Of a stretch of 64,000 nucleotides of DNA, positions 18,695 to 28,646 are shown piece by piece. This DNA is from a virus: the IMG/VR virus record IMGVR_UViG_3300009702_000018, positions 1 through 64,000 of that record; one strand, 5' to 3'. The first letter of the stretch is position 1. Each line of letters starts with the position of its first letter. Position numbers and translations under genes: made by a program. The notes under the pieces are model-generated. The model did not search any database. It was not told the origin of the DNA and worked only from the letters and a program-made list of their open reading frames with translations.

Positions 18695-19082
18695 AGAATA
18701 TCAAGAAAAAGCACATGCAACAGCAGATTACCCTATGACACAAATTGTATTACCCCCTGATAAGGGAACAGACAATATGGGGAATGCTTATGTTTACAGC
18801 ACAATTCATGATGTTAATTTTATTTATCCTGCTATGGGAATTATGGGTGAAGCGGGTGAGGTAGGAGAAAAATTAAAAAAAGTTTTTAGAAATAAAAACG
18901 GGAAATTTGAAGAAGAAGATATTAAATCTATATCTAAAGAATTGGGCGATGTTATGTGGTATATTGCTGAAATAGCATCATTACTTAATTTAAATTTAGA
19001 AGATATAGCGAAAGAAAACATTGAAAAATTAGAGAGTAGATATGAAAGAAATAAAATCAAAAGCGAAGGCGACGACCGATAA
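18684..19082 (+). CDS. MazG-like NTP pyrophosphohydrolase
   Basis: GEAGEVGEKLKK, ELGDVMWY, NIEKL. Confidence 0.88.
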   Translation: MNFKEYQEKAHATADYPMTQIVLPPDKGTDNMGNAYVYSTIHDVNFIYPAMGIMGEAGEVGEKLKKVFRNKNGKFEEEDIKSISKELGDVMWYIAEIASLLNLNLEDIAKENIEKLESRYERNKIKSEGDDR

Positions 19083-19257
19083 AAAGTTAAAGAAAAATTG
19101 CAAAGTCTTTTTTGCAGATGGTACAGACTTTCTTTTTAAAGATATTTATGCAATCAATATATCAGAAAATTGGATTATGATTACATATGACCCAGATAAT
19201 GATTACAAAGTTTTTAATAGAACATTAATAAATAAAATAGAGGTTAAAAATGTATAA
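19042..19257 (+). CDS. Hypothetical protein
   Basis: ORF in operon. Confidence 0.5.
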   Translation: MKEIKSKAKATTDKKLKKNCKVFFADGTDFLFKDIYAINISENWIMITYDPDNDYKVFNRTLINKIEVKNV

Positions 19258-19579
19258 TGATACGTGGTATAAACCTATATGGTATTATCCATTTACAAAA
19301 AATCAAAAAAAAGAAATTAAATCCGTAGTGGAAGAAGTATTAAGAGAACACAAACTAATTCCAGATAAAATATGTAATTGTAAATATTGTACTACTTCCA
19401 CTACAACATTATCGATTGTTCCTGTTTTACATCAAAATTTTTCAAATGGATCATTTTATGTTAAATGCCCAGTATGTAAATTTTCCAGTCCAGAACGAAA
19501 AACCAAACAAGAAGCTGTAATGGTTTGGAACAATCTTAATTATAATAATGTTAAAACAAGTACTGTATGCTGTAAATAA
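19250..19579 (+). CDS. Zinc-finger protein, Lar-like C-terminus
   Basis: CKYC...FYVKCPVC...EAVMVWN. Confidence 0.55.
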   Translation: MYNDTWYKPIWYYPFTKNQKKEIKSVVEEVLREHKLIPDKICNCKYCTTSTTTLSIVPVLHQNFSNGSFYVKCPVCKFSSPERKTKQEAVMVWNNLNYNNVKTSTVCCK

Positions 19580-19580
19580 T

Positions 19581-20309
19581 ATGAAATATAATTTTTCAAT
19601 TTTATCACCACATCCAGACGATGAATTTATCGGTTGTAGAAAATTTATAGAAATATATGGCAACTATATTAATAATATAATTTTTCTTACAAACGGAGAA
19701 GTTAGTGTTGGCGAATTTAATGATATGGAAATGTATATTAAAGTCAGAAGAGAAGAATCAAGACTATGGATTAGTGAACATACAAAAGCAGAAATCCATT
19801 ATTTAAATGTCCCAGATAATTTAGATATTGAAGAATTGAATAATAATAAATTTGGAAAAATTTTTAAAGAATTACATAATGTACGCCCAAGTGTTTATTT
19901 AAGAAATAAAATAGAAAAGATTATAGGAGATGATATTTTATTGGTTCCATCTGCTGAAAATCATCCCTCTCATTTAATGGCATTTAATATTGCTGAAATT
20001 TTACGTAATATGAAAATATATTATGTTGTTCATAAAATATTAACTATTAAAATGAGTGAAAATTATGGATGCTATTTTAAGAAAAATGAAAATTTTGGAC
20101 TAACAAAAATTAATTATGTATATGTATATTCAGATAATGAATTATTAGAAAAACGTAAGGAATTTCAGCTATATTATAATAGTCAATATAATAACTTTTT
20201 AAAAACGGGATTAAACATATATAATTGGGAAAATTATTTAAGTCCTATTATTTTGAAACTGACAAATGAAGATAATATGTTCAAGGTTGGAGATTCAGAT
20301 GTTGACTGA
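19581..20309 (+). CDS. PIG-L/LmbE-family deacetylase-like protein
   Basis: SPHPDDE, LTNGE, RREES, HPSH. Confidence 0.78.
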   Translation: MKYNFSILSPHPDDEFIGCRKFIEIYGNYINNIIFLTNGEVSVGEFNDMEMYIKVRREESRLWISEHTKAEIHYLNVPDNLDIEELNNNKFGKIFKELHNVRPSVYLRNKIEKIIGDDILLVPSAENHPSHLMAFNIAEILRNMKIYYVVHKILTIKMSENYGCYFKKNENFGLTKINYVYVYSDNELLEKRKEFQLYYNSQYNNFLKTGLNIYNWENYLSPIILKLTNEDNMFKVGDSDVD

Positions 20310-20457
20310 TACAAAAGATCATAGAAAAAAATATAAAGAAACAATATTAAAAACAATGACAACCCATCAATTTTTTAAAGCTGTTACAGATATTCTTAAT
20401 GGGAATGCTATATATCAAAGAATTGATGGAACAATTTTGGATTTAAAAAATGAATAA
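20299..20457 (+). CDS. Hypothetical protein
   Basis: GGAG RBS before 20299. Confidence 0.45.
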   Translation: MLTDTKDHRKKYKETILKTMTTHQFFKAVTDILNGNAIYQRIDGTILDLKNE

Positions 20458-21160
20458 AAATGTAATACCAATATCAGAAATTTTTCGATCTATTCAAGGA
20501 GAAGGAACCACAGTAGGATATCCAAGTATTTTTGTTAGATTGATGTTTTGTAATGAAGCTTGTACGTTTTGTGATACTCCATATACATGGAATGCACAAT
20601 TGTATAATTTAAAAGAAGAAACAACTTTTTATACTTGTAGCGAATTATTTGTTAGAATTAATACTATGAATTTACCAAAAGCACATATTGTTTTTACCGG
20701 AGGAGAACCATTATTGCATTGGAAAAAATTACTTCCTTTAATACAAGACTTAAAAAGAAATGAATATATTATAGAAGTGGAGACAAATGGAACAATTAAA
20801 GTAAATAAAGAATTTTTTGACTTAATTGATTATTTTAATATTTCTATTAAATTAGAAAATTCAGGGAATCCATACCCAGTAAGAGTAAAAGAAAAAGCAA
20901 TTACATTTTTTGTCAACAATATTCATGATAATGTAACATTTAAATTTGTTGCTTCTTCGAATAAAGATATGAAAGAAATTATTTCATTAATTAAACTATT
21001 TAAAATTCCCTATCAAAATGTTTCCATTATGCCATTGGGAATAACTCACGATGAAATTCGCAGTAGTGTTGAAAAGATTATAGATTTATGCTTAAAATAT
21101 AATATTAGAATTACTCCCAGATTACAAGTAGATATATGGGGCGATAAACGAGGAAAATGA
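20450..21160 (+). CDS. queE: 7-carboxy-7-deazaguanine synthase (radical SAM)
   Basis: SEIFRSIQGEG, CNEACTFCDT, TGGEP, ETNG, PRLQ. Confidence 0.95.
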   Translation: MNKNVIPISEIFRSIQGEGTTVGYPSIFVRLMFCNEACTFCDTPYTWNAQLYNLKEETTFYTCSELFVRINTMNLPKAHIVFTGGEPLLHWKKLLPLIQDLKRNEYIIEVETNGTIKVNKEFFDLIDYFNISIKLENSGNPYPVRVKEKAITFFVNNIHDNVTFKFVASSNKDMKEIISLIKLFKIPYQNVSIMPLGITHDEIRSSVEKIIDLCLKYNIRITPRLQVDIWGDKRGK

Positions 21161-21393
21161 TTACTCAAAGACAAATAGATACAAACGAACATATTTTATT
21201 TGTTTTAAATAATGATTATAAAAATCATATTAAAGATAAAAATAATGTTATTTATTATTTTGATGACGTAGAAGAATCATATCAAATAATAAAAGAAAAA
21301 TTTGGACATTATTTTGCCATATATATTGACACATCCGATGCATGCGGAATTGAGATAATGAACATATTTAAAAAATCAATGGAGACAAAATGA
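21157..21393 (+). CDS. Hypothetical protein
   Basis: ATGA overlaps on both sides. Confidence 0.55.
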   Translation: MITQRQIDTNEHILFVLNNDYKNHIKDKNNVIYYFDDVEESYQIIKEKFGHYFAIYIDTSDACGIEIMNIFKKSMETK

Positions 21394-22496
21394 TATATAT
21401 TTTAGGATTGGAGCCATTAAAAGAACGATATACCGAATGGTGGGAATCTTATATTCCAAAAGAGTTTAAAAAAGTTACCAAAAATGTTTCTGTAATCGAA
21501 GGAGAAAAAATTACAGACAAAGTAGAAACAGGAACAGTTTTGGACGCATCAGGAACTAATTATTGGAAAACCACACAATTACAAAAAATAATAAAGATGT
21601 TTCATAATAAAGAAATAGAACCTTATTCTATTTTCTTTGTAACAGATATTTGGTTTCCTGGCATTGAAATGATTCGATATATGTCGACATTATATGATAT
21701 TCCAGTACATATTTGGGGAGTGTGGCATGCTGGTTCTTCAACTATGAATGATTTTGCTGAACCAATGCATTATTGGTCAAAATATTTTGAGGTTGGGTTT
21801 TTAAATATTTGTGATGGCGTATTTGTGGGATCAGATTATTCAAGAAATTCAATAATTGCTCGATTATTATATTTTCTTCCCGAATTGGAAGTAGAAAATA
21901 TTGCAAATAAAATATATGCTTATGGAATGCCTCTTGACACTACAAAAATGTCAAAATATTATTCAACTAAAAAAAATAATATTATTTTATTCCCACACAG
22001 ACCTGATGAAGAAAAAAATCCTCATATTTTTATTAATATTATCAATGCTTTAAGTATGTATTGGGATGACTTTAAAGATAATAAATTTATTTTTTGTACT
22101 TCAAAAGAAAAATATCAATCACAATCAATGTGGGTAAACGCTGCATTAGCAGAATTAATGCATAATCATCCAAATGTTATTAAACTTGAAGACCTTACAA
22201 AAGATAAATATTATAAATTATTAGCAAAATCAAAACTTGTAGTTTCTACGACATCAGAAGAAAATTTTGGGTATTGTGCTGTTGAAGCATTGTCGGTAGG
22301 GACAAAAGTGTTGTTGCCAAATAATTTTTCTCATCCAGAAATTGTTGAAAATAATCAAGATTTATTATATGATACTTATGATAATTTATTAGAAAAAATC
22401 GTAAGAGATAAAAAAATACCATCAAAAGAATTAAAAGAATATGTATTACCCTATGGACAAGTTGTTAGAAAATGGATAAGCATAATGAGGATGTAA
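21390..22496 (+). CDS. GT-B (GT4-like) phage glycosyltransferase
   Basis: RYTEWW, WHAGS, FPHR...EKNP, EX7E motif EENFGYCAVE. Confidence 0.85.
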   Translation: MIYILGLEPLKERYTEWWESYIPKEFKKVTKNVSVIEGEKITDKVETGTVLDASGTNYWKTTQLQKIIKMFHNKEIEPYSIFFVTDIWFPGIEMIRYMSTLYDIPVHIWGVWHAGSSTMNDFAEPMHYWSKYFEVGFLNICDGVFVGSDYSRNSIIARLLYFLPELEVENIANKIYAYGMPLDTTKMSKYYSTKKNNIILFPHRPDEEKNPHIFINIINALSMYWDDFKDNKFIFCTSKEKYQSQSMWVNAALAELMHNHPNVIKLEDLTKDKYYKLLAKSKLVVSTTSEENFGYCAVEALSVGTKVLLPNNFSHPEIVENNQDLLYDTYDNLLEKIVRDKKIPSKELKEYVLPYGQVVRKWISIMRM

Positions 22497-22497
22497 A

Positions 22498-22638
22498 ATG
22501 GAAATATTAACAACTATAATGATAATTTTTTTGATAATTATTGTTGGATCGTTTGTATTACTTCTTATGGGATTTACAATATTAGTATTAACAGAAATAA
22601 TTAGAGATACATTTGGCAAAAATAATTTTGATATTTAA
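22498..22638 (+). CDS. 46-aa single-pass membrane peptide (absent from ORF track)
   Basis: MEILTTIMIIFLIIIVGSFVLLLMGFTILVLTEIIRDTFGKNNFDI; GAGG upstream; fills the gap. Confidence 0.6.
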   Translation: MEILTTIMIIFLIIIVGSFVLLLMGFTILVLTEIIRDTFGKNNFDI

Positions 22639-22646
22639 GGTAAAAA

Positions 22647-23846
22647 ATGTTTAATACTGGATTTAAAAGTGCTTATGTTCCTGCACTTCTCACAGGAATT
22701 GAAAATGTAATTAGAAGATGTATAATTCCAGGCAATATATTTGGATTATATAAAGATAAATATGATGTTTCTTGGTTTACCGATCGTGCGATCTTTACGC
22801 ACCCACATGTTTTAATTTCATATTATTATTCGGGAAGATTTGCAAATTATAGAAAAGAATTAAGAATAAAAGATGATATTACTTTATGGGCAGATTCAGG
22901 GGGATATAGTGTAGCAACAAAAGGAGCAAAAATAGATCCCCATGAGGTATTAAAATGGCAAGAGAGGAATTCTAATATTGCTTTTACCTTAGATTATCCC
23001 CCAACAAAAGTTACATCTGTAGGAAGAGTATCTCCTGGAAAAAATGAACGAATGACTCCCGAAGAATTTGAAGAATGTGCAGAAAAAACAAGAAAAAATA
23101 ATTTAATATTTTATAATGATAGAACGAGTGATAAATTAAAAATATATAATATTATTCATGGGTATAATCTTGAAAGTTATGATTTATGGTGGGATTATAC
23201 ATCTAAAGATATGAAATTTGATGGCTATGGAACGGGGATGAAACCTACAAGCGATTGTTTATTACAAGCTCTGTCAATTATGTATTTATGGGATAAGGGA
23301 GTTAGAGAAAGGATTCATTTATTGGGTGTTTCGGGGATAACTGTAATTCCTGTTTTAATTTGGGCATCACAATATATTGATAAAATTTCATTTGATTCTA
23401 CTTCTTATGGATATGGATCAAGAACAAGAGCTTATGTTTATCCTGATAGAATAAGATACTATACTCATTTTGGGAAAAAATATGTTACAAAGAATAAACC
23501 AATGGAAAAAATATATTGTAATTGTCCCATTTGTAAAGATTTTGATGATCCATCTTATTTTATAGGGGGAGGAACAACAATGCCTGGAATGCTATTAGCA
23601 TTACATAATCTATGGGCAGTTAAACAATATGTTGAATTATTAGATAAAACAATTAATGAAGATAAAGATAAAAAAAGATTTTTTGAACTTATAAAACAAC
23701 ATACGGGAAATAGAGCAGACGAATCTATTCATGCCATTAATTTTATTGAAGATGTTGTAAAAATTGGATTAAAAAAAAGCTATGATATTTATTTTTCAAC
23801 ACATAATTTCGATAAACAAAAATTAAAACCTAAAACTTTGTTATGA
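22647..23846 (+). CDS. TGT-fold transglycosylase, DpdA-like
   Basis: DSGGYS, LDYPP, IIHG, IHLLG, SFDST, Zn site CNCPIC...HN. Confidence 0.85.
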   Translation: MFNTGFKSAYVPALLTGIENVIRRCIIPGNIFGLYKDKYDVSWFTDRAIFTHPHVLISYYYSGRFANYRKELRIKDDITLWADSGGYSVATKGAKIDPHEVLKWQERNSNIAFTLDYPPTKVTSVGRVSPGKNERMTPEEFEECAEKTRKNNLIFYNDRTSDKLKIYNIIHGYNLESYDLWWDYTSKDMKFDGYGTGMKPTSDCLLQALSIMYLWDKGVRERIHLLGVSGITVIPVLIWASQYIDKISFDSTSYGYGSRTRAYVYPDRIRYYTHFGKKYVTKNKPMEKIYCNCPICKDFDDPSYFIGGGTTMPGMLLALHNLWAVKQYVELLDKTINEDKDKKRFFELIKQHTGNRADESIHAINFIEDVVKIGLKKSYDIYFSTHNFDKQKLKPKTLL

Positions 23847-24190
23847 TTTATACTCCATCTTTTTATGGGCAACATAATATTGTACGAGAATACGAACTTC
23901 GACAAGAATTAATCTTGTATCTCAAAACAGAAAGAAATATTCTTTATATTAATTTAGATGGATTATTTTTAAAAGAAATAGATAAATATTGTTTTGATAT
24001 TTTTGGACATATTGTTGTTAATTTTAAAGAAAAAGTTTTTTTTAAATATATTATAATAGAAGCAGAAGATAGACCAAGAATTAGATTAGCAATGAAAGCA
24101 TTAGGAAAAAGATATATTTTATATGAGAAGAAAGTAAGACAAGATGAAAAGAAATTTTTCTTCAAAGTTATGGAATTAACAAATGAATAA
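23843..24190 (+). CDS. Hypothetical protein
   Basis: ATGA overlap. Confidence 0.55.
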   Translation: MIYTPSFYGQHNIVREYELRQELILYLKTERNILYINLDGLFLKEIDKYCFDIFGHIVVNFKEKVFFKYIIIEAEDRPRIRLAMKALGKRYILYEKKVRQDEKKFFFKVMELTNE

Positions 24191-27100
24191 TTTTGTACAT
24201 TTACATGGACATTCAACTTATTCTGCTTTAGACGGATTTTGCAGAATATCAGATATTGTTTCAAGAGTAAAAGAGATTGGGCAACCAGCAATTGCTTTAA
24301 CTGATCATGGGAATATGAATGGAATCTATAAATTTTATAATGCTTGTATAAATAATAATATTAAACCTATTCTTGGATGTGAATTTTATTTAACTAACAA
24401 ATATAAAAAAGAACGCAAATTATATCATATAACCTTATTGGCAATGAATAATAATGGATTTAAACATTTATTAAAATTACATAAAATATCATATATTAAT
24501 TTTTATTATAAACCTCGCATAAGTTTTGAAGATTTATTCAAATATAAAGAGGGAATTATATGTTTAGCGGGTTGTCCAAGCGGGATTTTAGCAAAAAATA
24601 TTAGAGAAAATAACTATCAAAAAGCTCAAAAATATTGTAAATTATTTAAAAATCAATTCGGTGATAATTTTTACATTGAAGTTATGAATCATGGACTAGA
24701 TTTTCAAAAAGAATTAAATTATAATTTAAGAAACATTGCCAAAGAATTTAATGTGAAAACTGTTGCAACAAATGACTATCATTACACAATTAAAGAACAC
24801 CATAATTTTCAACATTATTTATTATGCGATCAACTTAAACAAACAATTAATGACGAAATAAGTATGGGGCTAAAAACCCCAGAATTTTATATAAAAACTC
24901 GTGAAGAAATGATTGCAACAGAACAAGAAAAAGATATAACTTTAGAAATTGCCGATAAATGTAATGTTACATTAAAAACAAAAGATTTTTTATTACCACA
25001 TATAGCAGGAGAGGAAAGCAAATTATTAACATTAATCATGCAGGGAATAAAAAAATATAATATTAGGGACAATGAAGAATATATGTCCCGATTAAAATTT
25101 GAATATAACATTATTAAAAAAGCAGGTTTAATAGGATATTTTTTAATTGTTCAAGATTATATCAAATATGCAGAAAGTAAAAATATTTTAGTAGGTCCTG
25201 GAAGGGGATCAGTTGGAGGATCTTTATTAGCTTATTTAATTGGAATACACAAAGTAGATCCCATTAGATATAAATTAATTTTTAGTAGATTTTACAATTC
25301 GGGTAGAAAAGGATCTTTGCCAGATATAGATATTGATTTTCCAGAAAAAAGAATTAAAGAGGTTAGGGAATACGTTCAAAATAAATATGGAAAAGAAAAA
25401 ACTTCTCAAATTGGGACATTTTTATATTTAAAGAAAAAAAGTGCCCTGAAATTATTATGTCGAGTTTTTGGAGTAGAATTTCAAACAGCAAATTATTACA
25501 CAAATATTATTGAAGATGACAAGCAAACAGAAAAATTAAGATTAAAAGATAAACAATTTGATAATCTTGTTAGTAAAATAGATAATTTTATTGGGTTGTC
25601 CATATACAGTAGTATTCATGCAGCAGGTATATTAATTAGCCCTAAAAATTTAGATGAATTAGTTCCATTAAGATTAAATGAAGATAAAAGTTTCTATGTT
25701 TCTGCATGGGATAAAAAAGATATTGAATCAATTGGACTTGTTAAATTTGATTTTTTATCATTAAATACTTTAGATGTTATAGAAGATACATTAAAATATA
25801 TTAATAAAAAAATTGATGATATTCCAGAAGGAGATCAAAAAGCATTTGATATTATTAATAGGGGTGAAAATATTGGGATATTTCAATTAGGATCAGAAGG
25901 AATGTCTAAAGTTGCTCAAGATATGAAAGTAAATTCAATTGAAGATATTGCTGTTGTTGTTGCATTATATCGTCCTGGACCAATAGAATCTGGACTTCAT
26001 ATTAAATATATAAAAAGAAAATATAAAGTAGAACCAGTAACATATAAACATCCATTATTGAAAGATATTTTAAAAGATACATATGGAATATTTGTATATC
26101 AAGAACAGATAATTATGACAGTAATGATATTGGCAAATTTTTCTGAGACAGAAGCAGATTCTTTAAGAAAAGCAATAGGTAAAAAAGATCAAGAATTAAT
26201 GGAGAAACAAAAAGTAAAATTTATTAATGGAGCAATTAAAAATAACATAGAGAAAAAAGTTGCAATTAGTATTTGGGAAGAAATGCAAAAATTTGCATCC
26301 TATTCGTTTAATGCCGCCCATTCTGTAGAATATGCTTATATTTCTTATTATACGGCATATTTAAAAGCTCATTATCCCATTGAATTTATGTGTGCATTGC
26401 TTAATAATAATTATAATAATAACGATAAATTGAATAAATATTTAAAAGAATGCAAAAGAATGAATATAGAAGTATTACCCCCTTCTGTTACATATGGGAG
26501 TTATGACTTTATGCCACATGAAAATAAAATTATTTTTGGTACAAAGGGAATTAATGGAATAGGAGAAAAAACAGCAAAAAAAATATATGACTATAAATAT
26601 GAAAATTTTGAAGATTTTTGTTTAAAATTTAAACCTAACTGTGATACTTTAATGGCATTGTCAGAAGCAGGAACTTTTGATGAATTTCAATATAATAGAA
26701 ATCAACTTTTTCAATCTTCTAATCATATATCAACAATATTAAAAAAAAGAAAACAAAACATAAATCCAAAATCAAGATCATTAATTAATTATAAAATTAA
26801 TTTTAATATTTCAAAAATTAAAGAATTACCTAAGGAAATCTTGGCATCTAAAGAGTATAAGAGATTAAATACATTTTTAGTATATAACCCAATTAAAGAT
26901 GTCGAATTATATACTCCCAAAGATTATATAAATGGAATGCCCATATTTATAGAAGGATTTTTAATTGATATAAAAGAAAAAATTACAAAAAGAAAACAAA
27001 CGATGGCAATATTAAATATTATAACTCATATTGGGGAAAAAGAATGTATTTTATTCCCAACAATGTATGCAAAATTAAAATATAAAATAAATAATAATAA

Positions 27101-27191
27101 ATATGTTGCAATAAAAGGCAAAGTACAAGAAAACAAAATATTAATTTCAGATATTTGGGACAAGGAAAAAGATGATAAAACTTTCAAATGA
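24183..27191 (+). CDS. dnaE: DNA polymerase III alpha subunit
   Basis: PHP HLHGHSTYS and TDHG, GPGRGS, PDIDIDF, HAAG, KFDFL, YRPGP, YQEQ, YSFN, C-terminal OB fold. Confidence 0.96.
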   Translation: MNNFVHLHGHSTYSALDGFCRISDIVSRVKEIGQPAIALTDHGNMNGIYKFYNACINNNIKPILGCEFYLTNKYKKERKLYHITLLAMNNNGFKHLLKLHKISYINFYYKPRISFEDLFKYKEGIICLAGCPSGILAKNIRENNYQKAQKYCKLFKNQFGDNFYIEVMNHGLDFQKELNYNLRNIAKEFNVKTVATNDYHYTIKEHHNFQHYLLCDQLKQTINDEISMGLKTPEFYIKTREEMIATEQEKDITLEIADKCNVTLKTKDFLLPHIAGEESKLLTLIMQGIKKYNIRDNEEYMSRLKFEYNIIKKAGLIGYFLIVQDYIKYAESKNILVGPGRGSVGGSLLAYLIGIHKVDPIRYKLIFSRFYNSGRKGSLPDIDIDFPEKRIKEVREYVQNKYGKEKTSQIGTFLYLKKKSALKLLCRVFGVEFQTANYYTNIIEDDKQTEKLRLKDKQFDNLVSKIDNFIGLSIYSSIHAAGILISPKNLDELVPLRLNEDKSFYVSAWDKKDIESIGLVKFDFLSLNTLDVIEDTLKYINKKIDDIPEGDQKAFDIINRGENIGIFQLGSEGMSKVAQDMKVNSIEDIAVVVALYRPGPIESGLHIKYIKRKYKVEPVTYKHPLLKDILKDTYGIFVYQEQIIMTVMILANFSETEADSLRKAIGKKDQELMEKQKVKFINGAIKNNIEKKVAISIWEEMQKFASYSFNAAHSVEYAYISYYTAYLKAHYPIEFMCALLNNNYNNNDKLNKYLKECKRMNIEVLPPSVTYGSYDFMPHENKIIFGTKGINGIGEKTAKKIYDYKYENFEDFCLKFKPNCDTLMALSEAGTFDEFQYNRNQLFQSSNHISTILKKRKQNINPKSRSLINYKINFNISKIKELPKEILASKEYKRLNTFLVYNPIKDVELYTPKDYINGMPIFIEGFLIDIKEKITKRKQTMAILNIITHIGEKECILFPTMYAKLKYKINNNKYVAIKGKVQENKILISDIWDKEKDDKTFK

Positions 27192-27483
27192 TAATACAAT
27201 TAAATTAATAGGCTTTATAAACGCTTTTATATCTCACTATAGTGTCTTTGTTGAAAAAGCAGAATCTTTATTTGAAATATCAAATCAACTTCAAGATAAA
27301 ACAAGTAAAGAATTTACTGCTGAATTAGATAAAAATATTAAAATAGCACAAAATTCAAAAAGACAATTATTAAATATCCAAGAAGAAATATGCGACCAAA
27401 TTATAGAAGACGAAGAAAATTCTGAATTAATGACAAATCTTTCAATGGCAAAAGACTTAATAAAGGAAAATGAAATCCTATGA
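27172..27483 (+). CDS. Hypothetical protein
   Basis: AAGGA RBS; operon position. Confidence 0.55.
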   Translation: MIKLSNDNTIKLIGFINAFISHYSVFVEKAESLFEISNQLQDKTSKEFTAELDKNIKIAQNSKRQLLNIQEEICDQIIEDEENSELMTNLSMAKDLIKENEIL

Positions 27484-27788
27484 AAATAATAATTTTAAAC
27501 ATTGTTCATAATTTAGATTGGATTGCTTATGGATTAATTCTATTCGGCAATTATAAAGTTGGTAAAGGATCAATTGATGGATGGTTAATCTCTGCATATG
27601 GTTCATTATTAGCTATATTATGGGGTATCTCCATTGGGAAATATGGGGTATCATTTTGGAATATTTGGTTTTGTGTAGTATTTGTTTTTTCCTATACCAG
27701 AATGAGAAAATTAATGAATCAATTAACAACATTACAATATTCGAATAAGAAAGATAAGGAAAATGATGAAAACTCTGTCAGCAAGTAG
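27480..27788 (+). CDS. Small membrane protein (PnuC/SWEET-like three-helix)
   Basis: Three hydrophobic Trp/Gly-rich helices. Confidence 0.5.
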   Translation: MKIIILNIVHNLDWIAYGLILFGNYKVGKGSIDGWLISAYGSLLAILWGISIGKYGVSFWNIWFCVVFVFSYTRMRKLMNQLTTLQYSNKKDKENDENSVSK

Positions 27789-28569
27789 TTTGTCTCTATA
27801 TTCAGATTGTTCTTTAAAATGGAAATTTAGATATATTGATAAAATCAATAAATTTGAAGCATCTATTCATTTAATTTATGGATCTGCAATTCATAAAGCA
27901 TTGGAAAAACTTAATTTATCATTAGCTCATAAAAAAAATGAGTTAGAGGATGTATTTCAAGATTTTTATGATGAGTGGAATAAGCAGATAAAAGACTATA
28001 ATATTTCTCCAAATAAATATTCCAATCAATTATTTGAAATGGGAATAAATGCATTGGAAAAATTCTATAATGAAAAAGTTGATTATGAATTAATTGGAGC
28101 AGAAACAAAATTTAAAGTTCCAATTATTTATCCAGATGGAAAAAAAGATCAAGAATATGAATTATATGGATTAATTGATGCTATTGTAAAAAGAAAAAAT
28201 GAAATAATGATAATCGACTATAAAACATCAAAGGAATCTTATAATAGATTTAAACTTGATACTTCTCTTCAATTGGCAATATATGCTTATGCTTTTAGAC
28301 AAATGTTGAAAGCAGGCAAATTCCCCAATATCAAAAAAGATATTGAAGATTATATTTCTTATTATGTTCTTATTAAAGATTATGATACTTTAGATGGAGA
28401 TATAAAGATGCAACGAAAGAAAATCACAGACAAACATCTAAATAGAATGTTTTATATTATTCAAACTTCAATTAAAGGAATTAAAGAAGGGATTTTTCTT
28501 CCAAATTATGCATCTATGTGTAATTATTGTGAGTTTAAACAAGAATGTTTAGAATTCGGAGGCAAGTAG
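27763..28569 (+). CDS. PD-(D/E)XK RecB/Cas4-like exonuclease
   Basis: LSASS...C, GSAIH, GLID, IDYKT, QLAIY, CNYCEFKQEC. Confidence 0.88.
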   Translation: MMKTLSASSLSLYSDCSLKWKFRYIDKINKFEASIHLIYGSAIHKALEKLNLSLAHKKNELEDVFQDFYDEWNKQIKDYNISPNKYSNQLFEMGINALEKFYNEKVDYELIGAETKFKVPIIYPDGKKDQEYELYGLIDAIVKRKNEIMIIDYKTSKESYNRFKLDTSLQLAIYAYAFRQMLKAGKFPNIKKDIEDYISYYVLIKDYDTLDGDIKMQRKKITDKHLNRMFYIIQTSIKGIKEGIFLPNYASMCNYCEFKQECLEFGGK

Positions 28570-28580
28570 ATTTGCAGCCT

Positions 28581-28634
28581 TCCATTCTGGCTGCCATAGC
28601 CTTCCAATGCCAATGGCAAATTAGACAGGCTATA
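28581..28634. repeat. 54-bp structured element, copy 2, directly upstream of primase
   Basis: 49/54 identical to 424-477. Confidence 0.9.
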
Positions 28635-28646
28635 CTTTGATACATT

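Noticed and set aside
15234-23846. Queuosine tRNA-modification pathway
   Set aside because: No queC, queF, queA or queG in the window; divergent TGT in a replication context fits DNA modification better
11567-27191. Inteins or introns in dnaB or dnaE
   Set aside because: Lengths and motif spacing are normal, with no splice motifs
27763-28569. Cas4 of a CRISPR-Cas system
   Set aside because: No other cas genes or array; typical standalone phage recombination exonuclease
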